A DNA stretch of 64,000 bases, from the NCBI GenBank assembly GCA_963701855.1, contig CAVPBK010000004.1:192001-256000 (forward strand). The letters are read 5' to 3'. Below are positions 10,196 to 19,133 of the stretch, piece after piece. Position numbers and translations under genes: made by a program. Under the pieces are notes generated by a model. The model saw only the letters and a program-made list of their open reading frames with translations. It made no database searches and had not been told where the DNA came from. The DNA is from Nitrospirota bacterium. GTDB lineage: Bacteria; Nitrospirota; Nitrospiria; Nitrospirales; Nitrospiraceae. Numbering within the stretch: position 1 is the stretch's first letter; the number at the start of each line of letters is the position of its first letter.

Positions 10196-10352
10196 TCTGT
10201 ACGTCTGGGATAAGAGCGGAGCACTCCCGCAGGATGCTCAAAAAGACCGTCCAGCAAGGCCGCAGCGAGCGAAGGCCCGAGGCGTACCCTTGGGGTACGT
10301 TGAGGGGCTGAACGATGCGAGAACGCCGCTGGCGGTTTTTTTCAGCATCCTG
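10153..10352. mobile_element. MITE-like repeat with double left end (inner element 10230-10352)
   Basis: CTAG-CAGGCTGCGGAAAAA at 10153, CAGGATGCTCAAAAA at 10230, TTTTTCAGCATCCTG ending at 10352; palindromic core GAGGCGTACCCTTGGGGTACGTTGAG. Confidence 0.85.
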
Positions 10353-10380
10353 ACATCTCGTTAGTCGAAAGGATTGCATT

Positions 10381-10836
10381 ATGTGGAAATTCGTCGCCAT
10401 TCTTGCCCTAACCGCCGCGTCATTCGGTCTCGGGTTTTACTTCGGCCAACGTCCGGTCGGCACGCTCCAACAGACGGCCTCGGACCTCCAACACTCGCTC
10501 AAAGACACGTCGCGCAACATCATCGACACCACGATGGGAATCGAAAGAGACCTGCGCAGGCGGCAGGGGTTGCTCGACGCCAAGTCAAGGCTAGTACAGG
10601 CGAAATCAGACCTGTTCGATAAAAACTTCGGGGAATCCGCCAACCAATTAGGCGAGGCAGCCGAAAGACTGGACAATGTCACAAAGAACGCGAAGCAAGA
10701 TGAGTCGATCCTCGCCATGCGAGCGCTGACCGGAACGCTTCGGGAAGTGCGGCTGGAGTTGTCGATGGGAAGACCGGTGTCGATTAAGAAGCTCGATGAC
10801 ATTCAGCGGGAAATCGACCTGCAGTTGAACAAGTAA
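10381..10836 (+). CDS. Hypothetical membrane-anchored helical protein
   Basis: N-terminal hydrophobic helix, then coiled-coil-like sequence; AAAGGA RBS. Confidence 0.8.
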   Translation: MWKFVAILALTAASFGLGFYFGQRPVGTLQQTASDLQHSLKDTSRNIIDTTMGIERDLRRRQGLLDAKSRLVQAKSDLFDKNFGESANQLGEAAERLDNVTKNAKQDESILAMRALTGTLREVRLELSMGRPVSIKKLDDIQREIDLQLNK

Positions 10837-10937
10837 CGTAACTACTCAGGTAGGAAGATTCATCTCTGTTTGAACCAAAGGTCGTAGAAACCAACTTTAG
10901 CCTTCAGCCTAGACCCCTGATAGTTACCCAATAACCA

Positions 10938-11756
10938 CTACGTGGTGGCAGGCTGTTTCTTCCACTTGGCAAGAATCCGCTCCACCCGCATCCGTACCAC
11001 CATATCCGGATCTTTCATCAAAGGCTTGATCGCTTCTCGGCCTCGGTCATCGCCGATCGCCTCGAGCGCCGCCGCAGACGTCAAGCGGGTAAACCAATCG
11101 CTGTCGGCAAGCATGTCGATCAGAGGGTCGATCGCCTTGGCATCTTTGATTCGCCCCAAGGCCAGCACCGCTTGCTTCCGGACATTTTCGTCTTTGTCTT
11201 TCAGCGCTGTGACCAATCGCGGCAACGCCGGTTCACCCAGCTCGACCAACGCGTTGAGCGCATCGTCTTTGAACTCATCATTTTTCAGCTGAAGCATCAA
11301 CGGATCAAGCACACGCTCGTCGCGAATCTTCCCTAATGCGGCAAGCGCATACTTTCGGACGTCCCAATCGCGGAGCAACTTAATCAGCAATTCAACGGCG
11401 GGAGAACCAATCTGCCCCAACCCCTCGATCGCGACTTCCCGAACTTGCCAGTCACCGTCGCGCAATGCATGACCCAGCGGTTCCACGCAACGCTCATCAC
11501 CCATTTCTCCAAGAGTGATGGCAGCCTCGCGACGGACCACCCAATCAGGATCCTTGAGCAGGTCGATCTGGATCTCGATCTCATCCTTGACCCGCTCTTC
11601 TTCAAGGACGACCTGCTCGGTCGGTTCCGCTGTCATCTCTGCCGATACCTGGGGCTCCCCTGTAAACTCCGCCGCCACCTGATCGGTCAATGCATCGGTC
11701 ACCGTCTCTGAAACGGTGGGAGTCGCACCTTCTTCTGTCGGTCGTGATAGTTCCAT
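10938..11756 (-). CDS. HEAT-repeat (PBS lyase-like) protein
   Basis: Repeats of L.D.DW.VRR.AA..LG..GD.R.VEPL. Confidence 0.9.
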   Translation of the reverse strand: MELSRPTEEGATPTVSETVTDALTDQVAAEFTGEPQVSAEMTAEPTEQVVLEEERVKDEIEIQIDLLKDPDWVVRREAAITLGEMGDERCVEPLGHALRDGDWQVREVAIEGLGQIGSPAVELLIKLLRDWDVRKYALAALGKIRDERVLDPLMLQLKNDEFKDDALNALVELGEPALPRLVTALKDKDENVRKQAVLALGRIKDAKAIDPLIDMLADSDWFTRLTSAAALEAIGDDRGREAIKPLMKDPDMVVRMRVERILAKWKKQPATT

Positions 11757-11806
11757 TCGTATTACCTTAACAATTCATTTGCCCGTCGGCTGCCCAGACA
11801 GAACGA

Positions 11807-12016
11807 CTATTTCGCAGCGGGAGCGGCCGTTTTCTTGCTCGCAGAATTTTTCTTACGCAGCGCTACCGTACGCCGTTTCCGTTGTGTCCGTCGCAGCCGT
11901 TTCTTCAGCGAACGAAGGGTCTCATCCACTTTGGCATCCTTGTGGTCGGTCAATTTTGCCGCCACCTTCTTTTTCAGTCTGGTTTCGTCCGATTCACTCG
12001 TCGTTTTCTTTGCCAT
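11807..12016 (-). CDS. Small, highly basic hypothetical protein
   Basis: 69-aa Lys/Arg-rich ORF with GGGAGG RBS, co-oriented with the HEAT gene. Confidence 0.65.
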   Translation of the reverse strand: MAKKTTSESDETRLKKKVAAKLTDHKDAKVDETLRSLKKRLRRTQRKRRTVALRKKNSASKKTAAPAAK

Positions 12017-12224
12017 CCGGATTCGGGCCTCCCTGTGTTCCTCATGATCAAGATTGTCTCCCAGCTCCCATAGGAATTTTGCAGTCTAGTAGAGAGATTC
12101 ACACCCTGTCAACCGGGGCTTGTACAACGAGGAGACCCCCTTCGCCACTCCATACTTTACATGCCGATATGCCCCACCCCTTTGCGAATTGACACCCTCG
12201 TCCCCTCGTCTCTAGAATGCCGAA

Positions 12225-13253
12225 ATGATCAACGAGCGCTTCCTCAAAGCCTGCCGGCGTGAGCCGGTCGATTGTACGCCAGTCTGGTTCATGCGCCAAG
12301 CAGGTCGGTATATGGCAGAATATCGTGCCCTCCGCGCGAAGCATTCGATCCTCGATCTATGCAAGACGCCCGAGTTGGCGGCGCAGGTCACGCTCCAGCC
12401 GATCGATCGCTTTCCGCTCGATGCCGCCATCATTTTTGCCGACATCCTGTTGCCGCTTGAACCGATGGGTCTCAGCCTGGAGTTCGCAGCAGGCGAGGGG
12501 CCAGTCATCCACAATCCGGTGCGGGACCAGGCGGCTGTGGAACGGCTCAACGTCATCGACGGCGGCGAACTCGACTATGTGGCCGAGGCCATCCGTCAGG
12601 CTCGTCGTGCCCTGAATGGACGAGTGCCACTGATTGGATTTGCCGGGGCGCCGTTTACACTCGCCAGTTATGCAATCGAGGGCGGAAGCTCGCGAAACTA
12701 TCTCCTCACCAAACAACTGATGTACGGCGAACCGAAGGCCTGGCACCAACTCATGGACAAGTTCGCGCGGGTCATCACGGGCTACTTACGCCGACAAATC
12801 AAAGCCGGCGCGCAGGCGATCCAATTGTTCGACAGTTGGGTGGGCTGCCTCTCGGTCGGCGACTATGTCGAGTACGTGATGCCGCATGTCCAATTGATTT
12901 TCGATGGACTGAAACGGGAAGGTGTGCCGATGATTCATTTCGGCACTGGCACCTCGGCGATGCTGCGTCAGATGCGAGAAGCGGGCGGCGATGTCATTGG
13001 AATCGACTGGCGCATCCATCTCGACGAGGCTTGGGCGGCGGTGGGACATGACGTAGCGGTGCAGGGGAATCTCGACCCCTTAACGTTGTTTGCCCCCTTG
13101 CATGAAATCGAACGGCGCGTGGAAGATATTTTGCGCAGAGCCGGCGGGCGCCCAGGACATATCTTTAACTTGGGCCATGGAATCTTGCCGACAACGCCGA
13201 TCGACCATGTAGCCGCGACCATCGACATGGTGCACAAGTTGAGTCAACGCTAG
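12225..13253 (+). CDS. hemE: Uroporphyrinogen decarboxylase
   Basis: PVWFMRQAGRY, IIFADIL, LIGFAGAPFTLASY, IFNLGHGI. Confidence 0.97.
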   Translation: MINERFLKACRREPVDCTPVWFMRQAGRYMAEYRALRAKHSILDLCKTPELAAQVTLQPIDRFPLDAAIIFADILLPLEPMGLSLEFAAGEGPVIHNPVRDQAAVERLNVIDGGELDYVAEAIRQARRALNGRVPLIGFAGAPFTLASYAIEGGSSRNYLLTKQLMYGEPKAWHQLMDKFARVITGYLRRQIKAGAQAIQLFDSWVGCLSVGDYVEYVMPHVQLIFDGLKREGVPMIHFGTGTSAMLRQMREAGGDVIGIDWRIHLDEAWAAVGHDVAVQGNLDPLTLFAPLHEIERRVEDILRRAGGRPGHIFNLGHGILPTTPIDHVAATIDMVHKLSQR

Positions 13254-13433
13254 GAGCCTGTCCGACATTGCCTTCGTGACGAGGCGAAGGAAGTGCGGCC
13301 AGATGCGAGGCCGCAGGCCTGGAAAAACCGGAGGCGTATTCGCGGAATACGTTGAGGATTTTTCCGGGCCGAGAACGACGCAGATGGTCGCGAATCGTTC
13401 GCCGTAGTAGAAAGGTCAATGTTGAACAGGCTC
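13254..13433. mobile_element. 180-bp MITE-like element with different terminal repeats and a CTAG duplication
   Basis: CTAG(13250-53)-GAGCCTGTCCGACATTG ... CAATGTTGAACAGGCTC-CTAG(13434-37), a 15/17 inverted match. It shares its internal core with the elements at 10230 and 17518. Confidence 0.85.
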
Positions 13434-13441
13434 CTAGGAGA

Positions 13442-13500
13442 CGTTATTCGTGAATCGTCATTCGAGCAGACTCCCTGCGTTTAACGATTCACGAATAACG
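13442..13500. repeat. Perfect 17-bp inverted repeat built from heptamers, abutting the hemH RBS
   Basis: CGTTATTCGTGAATCGT (13442-58) and ACGATTCACGAATAACG (13484-500). Confidence 0.85.
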
Positions 13501-13510
13501 AGGAGAAGGC

Positions 13511-14461
13511 ATGCCAGTATCGCAACGCCCCATTGCCGTTCTTCTGATGGCCATGGGTGGGCCGGATAGCCTGGAGAATGTGGAGCCGTTTCTCCTGGAT
13601 GTGCGGGGCGGTCGTCCCACACCGCCTGCACTTGTCGAAGAGATTCGGGAACGGTACCGGGCAACGGGCGGGAAGTCTCCAGCGGTCGGAATCACCAAGG
13701 ATGTGGCGAAGAAGCTGGAACAGCGATTGAACGAGCCAGGTGGAGAACGGTATCGTGTCTACGTCGGGTTACGGCATTGGCATCCGTTTATCAAACAAAC
13801 CTATGCCGAATTGCTCGGCGACGATCCTGAACAGGTCATCGGGCTCTGCCTGGCCCCCCAACAGTCCTCTCTGAGCACCGGGGCCTATCGGAAGAAAGTT
13901 GAAGAGGCACGGTCTGCGTTGCAGAGTACCTGCCCTGTCAGTTACGTCGGCAGTTGGCACCGGCATCCCGGACTGATTGCGGCGATTGTCGAGAGTATTC
14001 ACCGGGCGTTACTGACGTTCCCTCCCGACGTGCGAGCGACAGTGCCGGTGCTCTTTACAGCCCACAGCCTGCCGGAGCGTATCATTGCGATGAAGGATCC
14101 CTACCCCGATGAGGTAAGAGGCACGGTTGCGGCGGTAACGGCGCTTCTGGACGGCAGGTCCACGTTTTTTGCTTACCAAAGCCAAGGCCGATCAGGAGAA
14201 ACATGGCTGGGGCCGACCGTGGAATCGGTCGTAGATGAGCTAGCGCGCAACGGACGCCGACAGGTGCTGATCGCGCCGATCGGCTTTCTCTGCGACCATG
14301 TAGAAACGCTCTATGATATCGATATCGAATTGAAACGATTCGCGGCGGGCCGGGGCCTCCAACTCGAACGAATCGCGATGCTGAACGATTCAGCTGCGCT
14401 CATCGACACACTGGCCTCTGTGCTCACCGCACACGAATCCTCCCTCTGTCCTACGTCGTGA
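13511..14461 (+). CDS. hemH: Ferrochelatase (probably coproporphyrin type)
   Basis: LLMAMGGP, LFTAHSLP, AYQSQG..WLGP, GFLCDHVETLYDID. Confidence 0.95.
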   Translation: MPVSQRPIAVLLMAMGGPDSLENVEPFLLDVRGGRPTPPALVEEIRERYRATGGKSPAVGITKDVAKKLEQRLNEPGGERYRVYVGLRHWHPFIKQTYAELLGDDPEQVIGLCLAPQQSSLSTGAYRKKVEEARSALQSTCPVSYVGSWHRHPGLIAAIVESIHRALLTFPPDVRATVPVLFTAHSLPERIIAMKDPYPDEVRGTVAAVTALLDGRSTFFAYQSQGRSGETWLGPTVESVVDELARNGRRQVLIAPIGFLCDHVETLYDIDIELKRFAAGRGLQLERIAMLNDSAALIDTLASVLTAHESSLCPTS

Positions 14462-15906
14462 GCAACCTCCGCACTGTCGCCGTCATCGGTGGAGGGATCT
14501 CAGGTCTCTCGACCGCTTACGCTCTGCACGAACAGGCGGCAGCGGCCGGTATCCCGATCCGCTGTACGGTGGTCGATGCCGCTTCCGACTGGGGAGGCAA
14601 GATCGTCACCCATCGAGTCGGCGACCTTGTGACAGAGGCGGGACCCGATTCCTTTCTGTCTCAGAAACCGGCCGGCCTCGAACTCTGTGCCAAATTGGGG
14701 CTGAGCGATCAGCTCATTAACACAAACGAGACCGGCAAGAGAGCCTCCGTCTTCTCCCGTGGCCGGCTGCACGAACTCCCTGAAGGATTGGTGATGATTG
14801 CCCCCGGCCAGCTGGGGCCCTTTCTCCGAAGCGGTCTCATGAGTTGGGCGGGACTCGCACGGATGGGACTGGATCTGGCCGTGCCAGTGAAGCGGTCGCC
14901 GGAAGATGAGTCCTTGGCCAACTTCTTCCGACGGCGGGTTGGCCGGCAAGCATTCGAGCGGATGATCGAACCATTGATGGCCGGTATCTATGCGGGAGAC
15001 GCGGAGCAGATGAGCGTGCAGGCGACCTTCCCACGGTTTGTCGAATTGGAACAGCAGTACGGGAGTGTGATTCGCGGGATGATGGCATCCCGGAAGGCCG
15101 ATCCACCCGCCACACACTCCGGTCCAAAACGCACGATGTTCGTCAGTCTCAAGAATGGATTGTCGGATCTGGTCGCCGCCCTCGTCCATCGATTGACAGA
15201 CCAAGGTACCGTGCTCAAGAGAGGCTGTGCCGTCGATGCCCTGCGTGTGCGGTCCCATCAGCTCGGTCGTTGGATGTACGATGTCATTCTCAATGACGGC
15301 TCGGCCTTGTCCGCAGACAGCCTCGTGTTGGCCACCCCGGCCTATGTATCGGCAGAACTGGTTCGCCCGCTCACGCCCATTGCCGGCGGGTTGTTGGAGA
15401 TGATCCCCTATGCCTCTACGGCAACGATCGCAATGGCCTATCCGCGTACGGCAGTGTCCGGTGTGGCTGAGGGTTTCGGATTTGTCGTCCCGAGGGCAGA
15501 AGGGCGCGACCTCATTGCGGCAACGTGGACATCCCTCAAGTGGCCACACCGCGCTCCGCCGGATCAATTGCTGGTTCGTTGTTACGTCGGCGGAGTCGGG
15601 CGAGAGGCTATTTTAACGTTGGATAACCAGGCCTTGGAGGCGCGGATCAGAACAGAATTGGCCAGTATGTGTGGCGTAACTGCGAAACCGGGGTTTGTGG
15701 AAGTGAATCGCTGGATGAGGGCCATGCCGCAATATACACTGGGGCATCTCGAACGGCTGAGCCAGATTGAGGCGGCGCTCAGCCGCTATGGGGGACTGAT
15801 CCTCACTGGCGCTGGCTATCGGGGCGTCGGGATTCCAGACTGTATCCGTGACGGGGCAGTTGCGGCCGAGCGGGTCGTGCGCTATCTGTCGGGAGAACGA
15901 TCCTAG
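14458..15906 (+). CDS. hemY: Protoporphyrinogen/coproporphyrinogen oxidase (HemY family)
   Basis: FAD motif VIGGGISGL, EAGPDSF, GIYAGD, MPQY, GVGIPDCI; 4-nt overlap with the hemH stop. Confidence 0.95.
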   Translation: MSNLRTVAVIGGGISGLSTAYALHEQAAAAGIPIRCTVVDAASDWGGKIVTHRVGDLVTEAGPDSFLSQKPAGLELCAKLGLSDQLINTNETGKRASVFSRGRLHELPEGLVMIAPGQLGPFLRSGLMSWAGLARMGLDLAVPVKRSPEDESLANFFRRRVGRQAFERMIEPLMAGIYAGDAEQMSVQATFPRFVELEQQYGSVIRGMMASRKADPPATHSGPKRTMFVSLKNGLSDLVAALVHRLTDQGTVLKRGCAVDALRVRSHQLGRWMYDVILNDGSALSADSLVLATPAYVSAELVRPLTPIAGGLLEMIPYASTATIAMAYPRTAVSGVAEGFGFVVPRAEGRDLIAATWTSLKWPHRAPPDQLLVRCYVGGVGREAILTLDNQALEARIRTELASMCGVTAKPGFVEVNRWMRAMPQYTLGHLERLSQIEAALSRYGGLILTGAGYRGVGIPDCIRDGAVAAERVVRYLSGERS

Positions 15907-16110
15907 CAGGGTGCTGAAAAATCCGCCAACAGAAGAAGACCGTTATTTGGTTTATTTGGTTTGTCTCGTTTGTTTGGTTAAACCAGACAGACCAGATGAA
16001 CCAAATAAACAAAACAAACCAGTTTGAGCGTCCTGCAGCTATCTTGAGATGGTATCGCTATGCAAGACTCAAACGGTGTTTGCCTATAAACTGAGTTTTT
16101 CTGCAGCCTG
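15907..16110. mobile_element. MITE-like repeat with a nonamer hairpin and a double end
   Basis: CTAG-CAGGGTGCTGAAAAA ... TTTGAGCGTCCTG (ending 16035) ... TTTTTCTGCAGCCTG (ending 16110). Confidence 0.75.
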
Positions 16111-16122
16111 CTGGAGATTGTC

Positions 16123-16530
16123 ATGGATATTCGAATGAAAATAATTGATGTGGTCGGCCCCTTCCGCGAACCTCGCGAACAGGTGTTTTCCTATGACTAT
16201 TCGATCCAACGGGCCTCCTGGCCGACCGCCCAAGCTGTACGCGTGAAGGTGGCCATTCCAGAGGAGTTGGATGTGGTCCGGAGCAAGATTTTAGGGGATG
16301 TCGTCGGAACATCAGGCCAGCAACTCATGATTTCAAAGTTCTTGTCGCGGCATATCGCGGACGAAAAATTTCGCATCGCCGAAGCCGACGGCATGTTGAG
16401 TGAGCGCCGCGACATAGTCGTGGTTCCCTTCACAGGCCCTATGGTTCATTTGTTCGCACGACTAGACGCCTGGGCAGCTGAACAAGAAAAGACGTTGCGG
16501 GCAGAAATCAAAACGTTGGTTGGATTGTAG
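16123..16530 (+). CDS. Hypothetical protein
   Basis: 135-aa ORF with GGAG RBS; its 3' end is duplicated at about 17430-17503. Confidence 0.8.
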   Translation: MDIRMKIIDVVGPFREPREQVFSYDYSIQRASWPTAQAVRVKVAIPEELDVVRSKILGDVVGTSGQQLMISKFLSRHIADEKFRIAEADGMLSERRDIVVVPFTGPMVHLFARLDAWAAEQEKTLRAEIKTLVGL

Positions 16531-16734
16531 CTGCAACCGCCCCTTCTGGGTAGGCTGAGGCTAAGGTCGAGGTTGAGTATGAAACCAGGTGGCGAATCGA
16601 GCCAGAATCCCCTGCTAGACAGGCGAACGGGACAGTCTTAATCCAGGTGTCTGTTATTCCGGGGCCACCTCAATCAACGAGGAGCAATCGGTTTGGTCAA
16701 GGGGAAAACTACTGGCAAGTCTAGCCCAAAGCCC

Positions 16735-17100
16735 CTACCGGACCTGCGGACGGGACGCCTTCGTGTCGGTTATCTCAATGTCAGACTCGGTGACCGTGAT
16801 CTCATCCTGGAAGTCCACTCCATTCGTGACGTATCCCGTTTCTTTCCGGAGTGTCTTTCCAGACTGAAACTCGACCTCAATGGTGTAACCGCTATCGCCC
16901 GTCACCTTGTAAAAACCCGCTGCGCTTGTGTTGGGCTGAATGTCTTTCAGCTTGATCGTCTGACCACAGATTGCCACCGACGCACGGGCGATTGGTTCCT
17001 TGGTCTTGTTGACAAGAGAGAAGCTTCCCTTGCCATTTGCGCAGGAAATCAGGAACAGCGCGACCAGTGTGGCAGCAACGCCGAGTACGAGATGCCGCAT
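16735..17100 (-). CDS. Lipoprotein, beta-rich (islet cargo)
   Basis: Signal peptide with lipobox-like LISC; GGGAG RBS. Confidence 0.75.
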   Translation of the reverse strand: MRHLVLGVAATLVALFLISCANGKGSFSLVNKTKEPIARASVAICGQTIKLKDIQPNTSAAGFYKVTGDSGYTIEVEFQSGKTLRKETGYVTNGVDFQDEITVTESDIEITDTKASRPQVR

Positions 17101-17475
17101 TTCAACGTCTCCCAGATATTGATATGGTGAGGCACTAAAGCCAAACAGAACAACTTTTCAGTGGTCGGACCAATATTTCCCCAAGTGAACTAAATAAAAC
17201 AACAACTGGGTGAGTGGATCAGGGTCAGGACTTGCAATCGCAACTGTATCCCTAACTTTGATGCTGCAGGGCAGCCTAAAGGTAGATTCTACAGACTTCC
17301 GCACTGGAGGCAACGAGAATGCCTCATCGATCATCCAGAGCGCAGGAGTAGAAGATATAACCTGCCGAACTGATCACCGGGCTTTACTCGAAACGGCCAA
17401 CCGAGTGATTGAACGACCTCGCCTCGATCAACGCCTCGATACCTGGGCAAATGTGCCGCGGGAATCGTTGCGAGT

Positions 17476-17499
17476 AGAAATCAAAACGTTGGTTGGATT
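17476..17499 (+). repeat. 24-bp exact direct repeat of 16503-16526 (att-like)
   Basis: AGAAATCAAAACGTTGGTTGGATT occurs at both sites, each followed by RTAGC. Confidence 0.9.
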
Positions 17500-17517
17500 A
17501 TAGCCTGTCGGCTGTTG

Positions 17518-17641
17518 CAGGCTGCTCAAAAAGGCAGCCAACGAAGCCGCAGGTGAGAGAAAACCGGAGGCGTACCCTCTGGGGTACGTTGAGGATTTTG
17601 TCGAACCGAGAACGAAGTTGGGGGCCTTTTTCAGCAGCCTG
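17518..17641. mobile_element. 124-bp MITE-like repeat
   Basis: CAGGCTGCTCAAAAAGGC ... GCCTTTTTCAGCAGCCTG-CTAG; core GAGGCGTACCCTCTGGGGTACGTTGAGG. Confidence 0.88.
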
Positions 17642-18262
17642 CTAGAAGATTTTTCGATACTGGCGTGAGTGCACCCCCGACTCGTCGGCAAAGCCGAGGG
17701 AGGCACTGTCTGGGTTGCCTGTGTCGTTGAGATCGATTCGATAGTGTCCGCGGATGGCTTCCATCGCCGTTTCAAAGGGAACGGCCTGAGGATAGAGGTT
17801 GCCCGGTGCATGTGCGCCGCGGGTCAGGGTGCGGATCACGTCAGCCTTCGCGTACTGAGCATCGGACACAACGTAGATGTCGGCAACGGCGTGGTCTCCC
17901 AGTTTGTGGCCGGGTGTTGTGGCAGGCAAGAGTTCGGTCAAGGTGCCGGCAAGCCGATCATTTTTAAACCGCTTCAAAAGTCCGGCAATTTGGCTGTCGG
18001 TCGCTTCAGGAGGGACCGTGAGACTGATGGCATTCATTTCCAAAATGGTGGCCTGGACTTTGAAAAGCACAGGCGCCGCTTCGGGATCTTCAATGATCGG
18101 TCCGGTTGGTCCTTCCGTACCAGCGGCTTGCTTGTTCTTCGAGCTGGGCACGATGAGAAACACAAAAAGCCAGAGCCCCAACAGCACGCCGAAAATCACG
18201 ATCAAGGGATGAATTCCAGCGCGCTTGCCTTCTTGGTAGGGATGTTTTGGCTCGTCACTCAT
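17642..18262 (-). CDS. Hypothetical membrane-anchored protein
   Basis: Start MSDEPKHP overlaps the mazG stop; one TM helix; stop lies in the CTAG next to the repeat. Confidence 0.8.
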   Translation of the reverse strand: MSDEPKHPYQEGKRAGIHPLIVIFGVLLGLWLFVFLIVPSSKNKQAAGTEGPTGPIIEDPEAAPVLFKVQATILEMNAISLTVPPEATDSQIAGLLKRFKNDRLAGTLTELLPATTPGHKLGDHAVADIYVVSDAQYAKADVIRTLTRGAHAPGNLYPQAVPFETAMEAIRGHYRIDLNDTGNPDSASLGFADESGVHSRQYRKIF

Positions 18263-19133
18263 CACGGCGTTCCTTGGTAAGGGTGGCAGGATTCTGCTTC
18301 TTGGCTTCGTCCCACAATCGATCCATCTCTGCAAACGAGAGGTCGCTAACCGTACGGCTCGACGCAGCAGCCTGGGTTTCGATGAATTGGAATCGTTCGA
18401 CGAATCGGTTGGCAGCTTGGCGCAGGGCATCTTCCGGGTTCACTTTGATGAATCGGGCGAGATTCACGAGTGAAAACACCACGTCGCCGAACTCCGCAAC
18501 GATCTGCGCTTGTCGTGCTATTGCGGCGCCTGCCTCGGGTTCTATCTGGTTCGACGCAGGGGCTCGGATCGCCGCGCGGAGCTCCTGGATTTCTTCCTCG
18601 ATTTTCCCGAGAATCTGATCGAAGCCTTTTGCGTCATGGGTCCAATCGAAGCCGACGCGCGAGGCGCGGGCTTGAAGTTGGTAGGCCCTCAGAAGGGCCG
18701 GCAGCGTTTTCGGCACGCCGTCGAGCACTGAGTCTGGCCGGCCAGAAGCCTGGCGCTCTATGCGCTTGATATCTTCCCATCGCGCGACTACTTGGTCGGC
18801 ATTCGTCGGGGTCGGGTCAGCCAGCCCATTGCCAAATACGTGGGGATGCCGTCGAACCAATTTGTCGGCCAGTTGTTCGAGCACGTCCTCAATGGTAAAG
18901 CTGCCAGCCTCTGACGCGATCTGACTATGAAAGAGCACTTGCAGCAGCACATCGCCCAGTTCCTCTGGAAGTTTAGCGCGATCCTGTCGATCGAGAATTT
19001 CTAACACTTCGTAGGTTTCTTCGAGCAAATAGGGCTTCAGCGACTCATGCGTTTGCTTACGGTCCCAGGGGCATCCGTCCGGCGCGCGCAACGCGGCCAT
19101 CAAATCGACGAGTGTGTGAAATCGTTCCGACAT
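18255..19133 (-). CDS. mazG: Nucleoside triphosphate pyrophosphohydrolase MazG
   Basis: GCPWDRKQTH, EELGDVLLQV, KLVRRHPHVF, GFDW, EFGD; GAGGAG RBS before MSERF. Confidence 0.95.
   Translation of the reverse strand: MSERFHTLVDLMAALRAPDGCPWDRKQTHESLKPYLLEETYEVLEILDRQDRAKLPEELGDVLLQVLFHSQIASEAGSFTIEDVLEQLADKLVRRHPHVFGNGLADPTPTNADQVVARWEDIKRIERQASGRPDSVLDGVPKTLPALLRAYQLQARASRVGFDWTHDAKGFDQILGKIEEEIQELRAAIRAPASNQIEPEAGAAIARQAQIVAEFGDVVFSLVNLARFIKVNPEDALRQAANRFVERFQFIETQAAASSRTVSDLSFAEMDRLWDEAKKQNPATLTKERRDE

Noticed and set aside
17221..17245. GGGTCAGGACTTGCAAT, reminiscent of motifs near RAYT/HUH transposases (weaker example near 40300)
   Set aside because: Single degenerate copies with no partner arm or transposase.
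910..17645. CRISPR-array reading of the repeats
   Set aside because: Copies are dispersed, inverted and variable in length; there is no tandem repeat-spacer array and no cas gene.
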